This document shows positions 19,253 to 27,676 of a DNA stretch of 64,000 nt, one piece after another. The stretch's first letter is position 1, and each line of letters starts with the position of its first letter. The notes under the pieces were generated by a model. That model was not told the origin of the DNA and searched no databases. It was given only the letters and a program-made list of their open reading frames with translations. This stretch comes from Patescibacteria group bacterium (GTDB lineage Bacteria; Patescibacteriota; Minisyncoccia; Phycocordibacterales; Phycocordibacteraceae), in NCBI GenBank assembly GCA_029260935.1, contig JAJDCJ010000012.1, forward strand, positions 33,315 to 97,314, written 5' to 3'. The position numbers and the translations under genes are program-made.

Positions 19253-19933
19253 TTATAATACGTATCTTCCCTCTTTATCGTCACGCACCACACGTCCATT
19301 ATCCATGGTGATAACACGCTTTCCAAGTGAATCAACCACACCTTTGTTGTGGCTCGTGAGCACTACCATGGTACCTAACTCATTAATGCGTTTTAAGATC
19401 TCAACAACTTGGTGTGTATTGATAGGGTCAAGGTTACCTGTTGGCTCGTCGGCTAACAGCACATCAGGCTGGTTCACGATGGCGCGGCCGATGGCGACCC
19501 GCTGACGCTCACCACCTGAAAGTTCTCGTGGAAAATTCCACGCTTTTTCAGTGAGATCAACTAACTCAAGAACGTGCGGCACGTCGGCTGCGATTTCCTC
19601 GTCGGTTCGCCCTGAAGCTTCCATTGCAAAGGCGATGTTTTCATACGCAGTCATGTTAGGAATAAGTCTAAAGTCTTGAAAAACCGTTCCTATTTTCCTA
19701 CGGAGCGTGTGCAACTGCGAGCGGGGTATTTTCTGAATTTCAGCGGACTCAAAATAGATTGCACCTGATGTTGGTTTCTCTTCAGCAAGAATCATTTTAA
19801 GGAGCGTGGTCTTACCAGCACCAGCATGTCCCACAACTGAAATAAACTCCTGTGGATCAATAGAAAGCGTCACTTTATCAAGCGCAATTGAATTGTCCGA
19901 ATATATTTTTGAAACATCGTCAAAGTAGATCAT
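19253..19933 (-). CDS. ftsE: cell division ATP-binding protein FtsE
   Basis: GAGKTT, VFQDFRL, LSGGERQRV and ADEPTGNLD motifs. Confidence 0.93.
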   Translation of the reverse strand: MIYFDDVSKIYSDNSIALDKVTLSIDPQEFISVVGHAGAGKTTLLKMILAEEKPTSGAIYFESAEIQKIPRSQLHTLRRKIGTVFQDFRLIPNMTAYENIAFAMEASGRTDEEIAADVPHVLELVDLTEKAWNFPRELSGGERQRVAIGRAIVNQPDVLLADEPTGNLDPINTHQVVEILKRINELGTMVVLTSHNKGVVDSLGKRVITMDNGRVVRDDKEGRYVL

Positions 19934-20019
19934 GACTGTGTTGAATACTAGGTGTTAGGTGCTGGGTGTTAGGTATGGGATGAAATATAAAATTTCATTT
20001 CTCTCTCGCGCAAACCTTT

Positions 20020-20904
20020 TTATTCTACCGCACTTTCTTTCATTGCGTCTATAAAGCTATCCAGAACCCCTTCAAAGACAGCATCAACATCGCTTTCTTC
20101 AACGCCGGTACGGTGATCTTTCACCATTTTATAGGGATGCTGGACATAGGAGCGTATTTGGCTCCCCCATTCAATTGGTGTGTGTGCGGCGATTGAAAGT
20201 CCTTGGCGTTCTTTTTCCTTCCGTTCCTCTTCTTTTTTAAAGAGCTTTGACTTTAAAAGCGCCAATGCTCGTTCGCGGTTTGCCTGCTGACTTCGCTCGT
20301 TTGACACATGCACTGAAAGTCCTGACGGCGTATGAGTAATACGCACCGCTGTTTCTCTTTTGTTTACATTCTGTCCGCCAGCGCCTCCTGATTTTGTAAA
20401 TTGAATTTCCAAATCATCTTCGTCCATTTCAATTTTATTTTGTGCACCAAGGTCAGGGAGGACTTCAACCAGCGCAAAAGAAGTCTGCCTCTTATCGTTT
20501 GCATTAAAAGGCGAGAGTCGCACCAGGCGATGCACCCCTGCTTCATGCTTTAAATTACCATATACACCCTTACCTTTAATTTCAAAAGTAACGTTTCGGT
20601 ACCCACCGTGATTATTTTCGTGGTCATGTAGAAAAGTGACGGTATAGCCCTTTTTGTCAGCATATCCTTGATACATTCTAAAAAGCATTCCTACGAAGTC
20701 CTCAGCATCATCACCTCCTGCGCCAGCTAAAATTGCAAGAGTAGCGGAACCTGCATCATGAGGCGAAACTCCTTCGGCTACAGAAGCAAGGTCTTTCATT
20801 TCTTTTATCAAAGACTGTGCCTTGTCTTTATCTACCCAAAAATCAGGTTGCCCCATAGCCGCTTCAATTTCAGCAATACGCATTTTTGCTTCTTTTTTGT
20901 CCAT
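20020..20904 (-). CDS. prfB: peptide chain release factor 2, short form
   Basis: SPF tripeptide (RLSPFNA), GGQ motif and WGSQIRSY. Confidence 0.9.
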   Translation of the reverse strand: MDKKEAKMRIAEIEAAMGQPDFWVDKDKAQSLIKEMKDLASVAEGVSPHDAGSATLAILAGAGGDDAEDFVGMLFRMYQGYADKKGYTVTFLHDHENNHGGYRNVTFEIKGKGVYGNLKHEAGVHRLVRLSPFNANDKRQTSFALVEVLPDLGAQNKIEMDEDDLEIQFTKSGGAGGQNVNKRETAVRITHTPSGLSVHVSNERSQQANRERALALLKSKLFKKEEERKEKERQGLSIAAHTPIEWGSQIRSYVQHPYKMVKDHRTGVEESDVDAVFEGVLDSFIDAMKESAVE

Positions 20905-21013
20905 ACACAGTACGCTACCATATTTTGGCAAAACAGACTTTTTTGGGTAAGATACTGAGGTGTTGGGGTACGTAAAACTTTCCTTGGCACTACTCAGACA
21001 AAGTCAGTAGTGT

Positions 21014-21157
21014 GCCGTTGTAAGCAAAGCTTGCACCGGCGGCGTTCTAACAAAATATACTCACGGGCGGTTTTGTTCTTTCAGAAAAATGTAAACGAGC
21101 TTTCATTTTTCTTCTATCACAAAACCACGCGCTTCGCGCAATTTCCGTGAGCAACTT
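21014..21157 (+). repeat. 144-nt structured unit duplicating the tRNA-Thr 5' end
   Basis: gccgttgta at 21014 and 21158; homologous to 24923-25066 on the minus strand. Confidence 0.8.
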
Positions 21158-21233
21158 GCCGTTGTAGCTCAGCTGGTAGAGCGCATCCATGGTAAGGATG
21201 AGGTCCCCGGTTCAAACCCGGGCAACGGCTCCA
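21158..21233 (+). tRNA. tRNA-Thr(GGT)
   Basis: 76-nt cloverleaf, catcc-atGGTaa-ggatg, CCA encoded. Confidence 0.95.
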
Positions 21234-21272
21234 GACTAGTACTCTTGGCATTAGTGCCTAAAGTACTAGTGT

Positions 21273-21345
21273 GCCACCTTAGCTCAGTTGGTAGAGCATT
21301 TCACTCGTAACGAAAAGGTCCGCGGTTCAATCCCGCGAGGTGGCT
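21273..21345 (+). tRNA. tRNA-Thr(CGT)
   Basis: Cloverleaf, anticodon loop ctCGTaa, followed by hairpin terminator 21357-21385. Confidence 0.92.
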
Positions 21346-21387
21346 CATAAAACTAGAAAATAGTGACTTCGTAAGTCACTATTTTGC

Positions 21388-21762
21388 TCATATCTTTTTA
21401 GTGAAAAATTGTAATATCAATAATACAGCGAAAAAAAACGGTACAGTAACTAAAAATTGCTGGGCGTTATATTGCCTTTGCAAGACAGGCGAGTCCAATA
21501 TAACTTGAGCATGCTCCAGGTAATTATTTTTAATAATAAAATAACCGGAGTAAATACTCAAAGGTAAGTAATTAATACCTATCCCAATAAGCCAGAAGCC
21601 CATTGCGGTGGTTAGTAAGTGTGAATTCCCAAGAAGAAAATAACTTAATGCAAAAGAACCAAAACTCCCTACTAAAAACTCAGTGAAAATTAACCACTTA
21701 TTATTGACACTCATGTCGAAAGCAACGAGTTTACTTATGTTAAGTGAAGACATTAACATCAA
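21388..21762 (-). CDS. hypothetical membrane protein, AT-rich
   Basis: 124 aa hydrophobic ORF between convergent tRNAs. Confidence 0.55.
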   Translation of the reverse strand: MMLMSSLNISKLVAFDMSVNNKWLIFTEFLVGSFGSFALSYFLLGNSHLLTTAMGFWLIGIGINYLPLSIYSGYFIIKNNYLEHAQVILDSPVLQRQYNAQQFLVTVPFFFAVLLILQFFTKKI

Positions 21763-21877
21763 CTATACCAATTCTACCGTCCCCCAGTATGTCCTATCGG
21801 GGGGGTGCTTTTTATTCTTATTTTCCACAATCATCTGTTACCCCCCCCTATAGACACTGGATGTCCATGGGGGATTC

Positions 21878-21932
21878 AGCCACGTAAAAGTAAATATGGA
21901 CACGCCGTGTCCATATTTACTTTTACGTGGCT
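21878..21932. repeat. REP-like palindrome, 26-bp perfect arms
   Basis: Core aaatatggacac-gcc-gtgtccatattt, also present at 44163-44197. Confidence 0.85.
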
Positions 21933-22090
21933 CTCCGGCGAAGCCGGACCCAGCTCCGCCGGGCGGTCCGCATATGTAAGCAAAGCTTCCTCTCATCGAT
22001 CACTCGGAAGAGTAACCGCATTCACTCTTCCCTCGCTTCTCTCGATAGTAAAGAAAAACAGTACGCAGGTACTGTTTGTTCTTTCATATG

Positions 22091-22165
22091 CGCGGCCGAC
22101 CGGACTCGAACCGGCAACCTCCCGCGTGACAGGCGGGTGCTACTAACCAATTGAGCTACGGCCGC
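22091..22165 (-). tRNA. tRNA-Asp(GTC)
   Basis: gcggccg acceptor, cccgc-ctGTCac-gcggg, GTTCGAGT T-loop. Confidence 0.93.
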
Positions 22166-22850
22166 ATTTCGGATACAGAGTATGTATTGCCTTCGAAAAT
22201 AGCTCGTATTTCCTTGGTAAATACAGTTCTGTATTAGGGCTAGTATGATACATCAGCTTGTAAAGTGCAAGACTATCGCGATGACTAAAAACAAGTTCAA
22301 AGCCTCGCTTCTTGTACTTTTCTAAAACAAATCCCCTATTCAGACCATTTTCTCTAAGAGTACTAAAGAGTGTTAGAAGAAATTTTTGAGATCCTGACGT
22401 GAATCTGCTTGTAAATACCCAACGTTTTTTGTTTCGATCTTTAGCAAAATATTTTTTAAAATGAACGCTGCCGTCGCCATCAAAATATCCCCTGACGAAA
22501 TGATGTAAATATCCTTGAGGGACTTTTGGGAAACAGATTGTTTTGCTTTTGTTTTGAGTGAAACCAAGTTTTATCAAATCAGAGAACCATTCTCTACTTC
22601 CAAACTGCACGCGATACTGTTGCTTCCATTTTTCGTTCCTTTGAGGACGTTCCGAAATTTTCTGAGTTCCTCCGACAATCTTCCGTAATTTTTGAAGCAA
22701 AATTTTGTCTGTAGATGTAAATTCAATATAGTGTCCTCCTCTTTTATTCTCAATCATTGAACCGTCTGCGGCAAAATACCCCAATACATACGCCATGTCT
22801 GATGTCCACGTTTTGAAAAAGTCTTGGTTTAGCTTCTTTTTTATTGGCAC
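22143..22850 (-). CDS. LAGLIDADG family homing endonuclease-like protein
   Basis: Two motifs, AYVLGYFAADGS and HFVRGYFDGDGS; stop codon lies inside tRNA-Asp. Confidence 0.85.
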   Translation of the reverse strand: MPIKKKLNQDFFKTWTSDMAYVLGYFAADGSMIENKRGGHYIEFTSTDKILLQKLRKIVGGTQKISERPQRNEKWKQQYRVQFGSREWFSDLIKLGFTQNKSKTICFPKVPQGYLHHFVRGYFDGDGSVHFKKYFAKDRNKKRWVFTSRFTSGSQKFLLTLFSTLRENGLNRGFVLEKYKKRGFELVFSHRDSLALYKLMYHTSPNTELYLPRKYELFSKAIHTLYPKCGRSSIG

Positions 22851-22888
22851 TTTATAAGTATACCGTGACAGGATATCTATCTAACCAC

Positions 22889-23833
22889 TTATACCAACCC
22901 AAACAACTTGGCGCTGAACAAAAGATAGGCAAGCAGGTAGAAGGCGCCTTCCCAGGTATGAATTTTCTTTGATATGCCGGAAATTATGAAAAAGAATGTA
23001 GTTGCAAGAAGCATAGGAAGCGCTATTGTCACCGTTGCGGTGTCTAGTGTTTGAGTGCCAAACAAACCAGAAATTCCAACAACCAAAAGAAGGTTGAAAA
23101 TGTTTGAGCCAAATATGTTACCGATGGCAACTTCTGCATTATGATTCAGTGCGGCTTTTACCGAAACAATCAACTCCGGAAGTGACGTACCGACTGCAAC
23201 TGCAAGAATAGTCATCACACCCACTGAAATACCAACCATTGCCGAAAGCCCAAGTACTGAATCAATCAAATAATTAGCACCTCCAATGAGTGCAATAAAC
23301 CCAACGATAAGTATTGCCCAATCCAAGAGAGCCACTTTAGGCCGTTTTTCTAGTGGTTCAAGCGCTTTAGTACTTCCTTCTCTATGAAAGAGCGAGTAGA
23401 GAACATAGACAACAACACCTGCCAAAAGAAAGAACGACTCAGGGGTGGTAATAACACCGTCATATGCGGTGCCAAAAAAATAGAGCGTTGCCAGTGTCAA
23501 CAGTGGAAGCTCTAAGTCAATGAGGTTCCGTGTTACAGCCAGCGTTCCTTTTGCAACAATCGCGGCAATACCGATAACTAGCAAGATGTTGGCGATGTTT
23601 GAACCAATAGCGTTTGCCGCAGGAATTTCGGTGACTCCCTGCAACATACCAACAATTGACGACGCCAACTCCGGCGCACTGGTGCCGAGTCCGACAATTA
23701 AAACACCGACTACAAACGGTGACATGCCGAGCGAAAGCCCTATTTTCTCTGCACTATCAAGCACCCAGTCAGCACCCTTAACGAGAGCTACGAGTGAGAA
23801 CACGAAAATACCTACCAGAATCAAAAGTTCCAT
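22889..23833 (-). CDS. calcium/sodium antiporter (YrbG family)
   Basis: GTSAPE/GTSLPE and GSNIAN/GSNIFN alpha repeats. Confidence 0.92.
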   Translation of the reverse strand: MELLILVGIFVFSLVALVKGADWVLDSAEKIGLSLGMSPFVVGVLIVGLGTSAPELASSIVGMLQGVTEIPAANAIGSNIANILLVIGIAAIVAKGTLAVTRNLIDLELPLLTLATLYFFGTAYDGVITTPESFFLLAGVVVYVLYSLFHREGSTKALEPLEKRPKVALLDWAILIVGFIALIGGANYLIDSVLGLSAMVGISVGVMTILAVAVGTSLPELIVSVKAALNHNAEVAIGNIFGSNIFNLLLVVGISGLFGTQTLDTATVTIALPMLLATTFFFIISGISKKIHTWEGAFYLLAYLLFSAKLFGLV

Positions 23834-23853
23834 ATGAAGACCAGTTTAACATG

Positions 23854-24099
23854 CTAACCGGAACGTTTTGAAAAATAGATAATGACATCTCTGAAGGAAA
23901 AGAGGAACCATATGGCGTTGAGGATGAGGAACGGGACACTATCCAAAAGATACGCGTAAACAATAAGCACTCCGCTTCCGAGGGCATTTCCCGAGTCATA
24001 CCAAATGTTATCAATGGAAACCACCTTAAATTGGTTGAGCAGGAAAAAAATCAAAATAATCGCTGCGCCTAAAGTGCCGATTATTGTTATGATGTCCAT
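23854..24099 (-). CDS. small membrane protein (CBU_0592-like)
   Basis: 81 aa, 3 TM segments, NALGS and PFLILNAIW. Confidence 0.65.
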   Translation of the reverse strand: MDIITIIGTLGAAIILIFFLLNQFKVVSIDNIWYDSGNALGSGVLIVYAYLLDSVPFLILNAIWFLFSFRDVIIYFSKRSG

Positions 24100-24161
24100 A
24101 TAACCGTTAGTATACCCCCACACTCACTTTTTAATAAAAATGGGTGTGGGTGGTCTAGCAT

Positions 24162-24374
24162 TTATTTGGTAGGTCCCTTGGTACTGCCATGCCCACGACA
24201 CCCTTCGCATTTTTTAAATAGGTCTTCTACGAACCAACCGCCACGATTTCCGCAATGTTGACACCCTCCACCTTCACACTTCCTACATATATGCCACGAT
24301 TTTCCATACCCAGACCCCTTACATTTTGTACAAATAGTAGGATCAAAATCTTTTTTGTATTGAGTTTCAAACAT
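24162..24374 (-). CDS. small DnaJ-type zinc-finger protein
   Basis: Four CxxCxGxG-like motifs in 70 aa. Confidence 0.6.
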   Translation of the reverse strand: MFETQYKKDFDPTICTKCKGSGYGKSWHICRKCEGGGCQHCGNRGGWFVEDLFKKCEGCRGHGSTKGPTK

Positions 24375-24375
24375 A

Positions 24376-24770
24376 TGGTGCCGACGGCAGGAATTGGTCA
24401 CCCGTCGCTAACCATTTTACTTCATAAACTCGTAAAATGCTAATCGCGCTCCACCCCGACTCGGCAACGTGTGCTCCGCCACGGCTTCGCACCCTCTGTC
24501 TTTCAATTCCTTCCGTCTTGTTCAAATTGTAAAAAATACTATGCATGCGCATAGTATTTAACAATTTGTGCCGACGGCAGGAATTGGTCAGGAGTCCATG
24601 AAAATTAGAGTCACTGCCGTTCCTTAATTTTCTATGGCTCACGACCCTGGCTCGGCGACAAGCACTCGTCGTACCTCCTCGTCTTGTATACCGCCTCCGC
24701 CTTTCAATTCCTGTCAATCAGGCACATTGTAAAAAACACCATACTCAAACGTATGATGTTTTACAATGTG
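24376..24770 (-). repeat. two tandem structured units, each ending in a copy of the tRNA-Met 3' end
   Basis: tgccgacggcaggaattg at 24379, 24569 and 24771. Confidence 0.85.
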
Positions 24771-24844
24771 TGCCGACGGCAGGAATTGAACCTGCGACCT
24801 TAGCTTTATGAGTGCTACGCTCTAACCAACTGAGCTACGCCGGC
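24771..24844 (-). tRNA. tRNA-Met(CAT), elongator (Ile2 not excluded)
   Basis: gccggcg/cgtcggc acceptor, loop ctCATaa. Confidence 0.88.
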
Positions 24845-25071
24845 AAACGAGGAAGATAATGGAAGTGCGGAGCAATTACATTATTTCCGAGTGCAGCCGA
24901 CGCAAGCTCCGCTTACGCCGGCAAACTGCTTACGAGGATAGCGCGAAGCGCGTGTTTTTGCGAGTGAAGAAAAACAGAAGCTTGTTTATGTTTTTCTGAG
25001 AGAGCAAAAAAACTCGAAAGCGTATTCTGTCAGAGTGGGCCCGACGCAAGCTCCGCTTACGCCGGCAAACT
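24845..25071 (-). repeat. two tandem units duplicating the tRNA-Met 5' end
   Basis: tacgccggcaaac at 24836, 24914 and 25058. Confidence 0.85.
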
Positions 25072-25123
25072 CTTTCAGTTCTCAAAAAATACCATTTTTT
25101 GATGGAAAAAGAAATAAAAAATG

Positions 25124-25450
25124 TTGCGGGGCCCAGAATCGAACTGGGGTCTGGAGGTTCTTTTACACTCAATGTTTCCAAAGAGAATGGACTATACCAT
25201 GGTCCACGTGGGACCCTCCCATTATAGTCTCTGAACCTTCCGAGCTATATCAAACGATATGGCTTGGCTTGGCTGCTGATTACCGAATCAACTTGCTTTT
25301 TAAACCATCGCACTCACCCTCTCAGGTCATGCTGTGGTGCAAGAAGCTCTAACGGCTTTCCAGCAATTTAGAGAGTTTTCCACCGTCTGTTGCCAAACGG
25401 GGTCACGTTCTTCACATGAGCCTCCCGAGGTACCTCTCCTCTACCCCGCG
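25124..25450 (-). tRNA. initiator tRNA-fMet(CAT), split by a group I intron
   Basis: Exons 25416-25450 and 25124-25159 join to a cloverleaf with C1:A72 mismatch and ggagg-ctCATaa-cctcc. Confidence 0.9.
25160..25415 (-). ncRNA. group I self-splicing intron, 256 nt, no ORF
   Basis: Follows U and ends in G; P aaattgctggaaa, Q aatcagcagcc, R gttcagagactata, S atggtatagtcc. Confidence 0.9.
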
Positions 25451-25537
25451 CTATCAGCATATGACATTAAGCTCTACTCGTCAACAAAGTAGCGAGATTA
25501 ACGTGACGCGCTCGTATTCTTGAGTCAATAACCACTA

Positions 25538-26233
25538 TTAAATATACTGATGTTCTTCAAACACCTGCTCGTAAAGCTTCATAGTGCGAAATGCTTCACG
25601 CTGGGTCAAAATAAAATCTGATTTACCATCTGAAATAATATTACGCACACGATGTGCCTCCCACGCCTGAGGCACCGTTAAAAATGCTTCTTCAGGGAGC
25701 GCCTTCATTCTGTCACTGGTCGTCGTACCTGAAACACCTAACAGTTCTAACAAATCACCCAACATTCTGTCTGCTGCCAATACACTTTCCTTCCACTGCT
25801 TAGGGTCTGACGAAAGAGCGCTTTCAAGCAACTCGTCCCACCGGTGACGCATGACAAGTTCTTCCTCTGTTTTTGCCGGCAACGTGCCGTAGGTCTTAAG
25901 CTCGCGAAGTCGTATAAACAAAAGAAGCCCGAGTGAGGTAAGAATAGTGAGGAATAGAAAGCTGGAAACACTCCAGGCAACTGCGCTATATACTCCCCAT
26001 AAAAAGGACACAACTCCAGAAATCGTATCCCCTACAACGCTCCATACACTGATAAAAAAATCTAGGAACTGTTCAAAAATACCTCCATTAGTAGGTAGAG
26101 TACCTGGTACTTCCGTTGGTACTTCAGGAAGAACGGGGTTACCCGCCTTATCAACAAACCTACACGACCCGCCAAAAGCAGAGAAGAAGAGGCAGTACCA
26201 GTATTGGAGATTTAAAAAATGGAGGAAATCCAT
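25538..26233 (-). CDS. hypothetical membrane-anchored protein
   Basis: 231 aa; ADRML and AWEAHRVRN segments. Confidence 0.7.
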   Translation of the reverse strand: MDFLHFLNLQYWYCLFFSAFGGSCRFVDKAGNPVLPEVPTEVPGTLPTNGGIFEQFLDFFISVWSVVGDTISGVVSFLWGVYSAVAWSVSSFLFLTILTSLGLLLFIRLRELKTYGTLPAKTEEELVMRHRWDELLESALSSDPKQWKESVLAADRMLGDLLELLGVSGTTTSDRMKALPEEAFLTVPQAWEAHRVRNIISDGKSDFILTQREAFRTMKLYEQVFEEHQYI

Positions 26234-26255
26234 TGTCTATATAGTAACAAAGAAA

Positions 26256-27674
26256 TTAGTTCTTATTTTCATTCATAAGGTCGCGCGCAATGGCAAACAG
26301 TGCTTTTTCTGAGTTTTTTGGAGACATAAACTGAATACCAACGGGAAGTAATACTCCGTCTTTTTCTACGGTGCCATACGGCACTGAGAGCGCTGGATCA
26401 CCAGTGAGGTTTGCAGATACCGTAAAAATATCTTCTAAGTAAAGCGAGAGTGGGTCTAATTTCTCTCCTAGTTTGAACGCGGGACCAGGCGCAGTGGGAG
26501 TTGCGACAAAAGAGACGTTTTCAAACACTGCATCAAATTCCTTAACAAGTGCAGCACGAAGTGCGATAGCTCGTTTATAATAGGCATCGGCATATCCTGA
26601 GGAGAGTACATGTGTACCCAAAACAACCCTTCGTCTTGTTTCTGCACCGAAACCTTTGGTTCGCGAAAGCGTGTAGTCCTGAAGAAGAGACTCTCCTTCA
26701 ACGTGAAGTCCGTAACGCATACCATCATACCTGGCAAGATTCGTTGAAACTTCAGCCGGCATAATAATATAGTAGGCAGCAAGCGCATGTGGTGCAGTAG
26801 GAAGGTCAATATCAACAATGTCATACCCCTGTGACGCCATCGTATTGAGCGCTCGCTCAAACTCAGCAACCGCATCAGGTTGTGCATCTTTTACAAAACT
26901 TCTTGGTACACCAATGCGTTTGTGTGTGTTCGGTGCTGGCCTCGCGGGTAATGTCGTACTATCGTTTTTATCAAGCCCACGTACAGTATCAAAAACAGTC
27001 TCAATATCATCTACCTTTCTAGCTAAAACACCGAGCTGGTCTAAAGAGGAACCCATTGCAACGAGTCCATAGCGCGAAATACCTCCATAGGTTGGTTTGA
27101 AACCATACACACCACATATGCTTGCCGGCTGACGTACTGAGCCCCCTGTGTCCGTACCAAGGGCAATAGGAGCAAGGTGTGCAGCAACTGAAGCGGCTGA
27201 ACCACCGGAAGAACCACCGGGTGAGCGCGTCGGATCAATTGGATGTTTAGTGGGTCCGAACGCTGAATTTTCAGTACTTGAGCCCATTGCAAACTCGTCC
27301 ATATTGGTGCGCCCTAAGAAAACTGCATTCGCGCCCTTGAGACGCTCAACAACAGTAGCGTCATACGTTGCCGTATGATTCTCTAAAATTTTTGATGCAG
27401 CACTCGCGGTTTTTCCTTTAATTAAAATGTTATCCTTGGTGGCGATAGGAACGCCGGTGAGTGGATGGGTGCTTTCAGGAGATGTTTGAAACAGTTCATC
27501 TGCTTTTTTTGCAGAAGCAACAGCGTCCGAAAATGCTTCTAAATAAATATTGAGCGCGCTGTTTTCTTTGTCTATTTTTTTTAAATAAGCTTCAGTCACT
27601 TCAACTGCAGAAAATTTCTTTTCCCTATATCCACGTGCAAGCTCTCCTGCTGAATATGTAGTCAACTCATCCAT
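26256..27674 (-). CDS. gatA: Asp/Glu-tRNA amidotransferase subunit A
   Basis: NMDEFAMGSSTE, PGGSSGGSA and GTDTGGSVRQP motifs. Confidence 0.95.
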   Translation of the reverse strand: MDELTTYSAGELARGYREKKFSAVEVTEAYLKKIDKENSALNIYLEAFSDAVASAKKADELFQTSPESTHPLTGVPIATKDNILIKGKTASAASKILENHTATYDATVVERLKGANAVFLGRTNMDEFAMGSSTENSAFGPTKHPIDPTRSPGGSSGGSAASVAAHLAPIALGTDTGGSVRQPASICGVYGFKPTYGGISRYGLVAMGSSLDQLGVLARKVDDIETVFDTVRGLDKNDSTTLPARPAPNTHKRIGVPRSFVKDAQPDAVAEFERALNTMASQGYDIVDIDLPTAPHALAAYYIIMPAEVSTNLARYDGMRYGLHVEGESLLQDYTLSRTKGFGAETRRRVVLGTHVLSSGYADAYYKRAIALRAALVKEFDAVFENVSFVATPTAPGPAFKLGEKLDPLSLYLEDIFTVSANLTGDPALSVPYGTVEKDGVLLPVGIQFMSPKNSEKALFAIARDLMNENKN

Positions 27675-27676
27675 AC

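Noticed and set aside
21781-21873. Poly-C/poly-G bounded imperfect inverted repeats, possible MITE
   Set aside because: Weak match, single copy, no target-site duplication seen
24367-25352. ORFs 24367-24717, 24930-25181 and 25035-25352
   Set aside because: They overlap tRNA-derived repeats, tRNA-fMet and the group I intron
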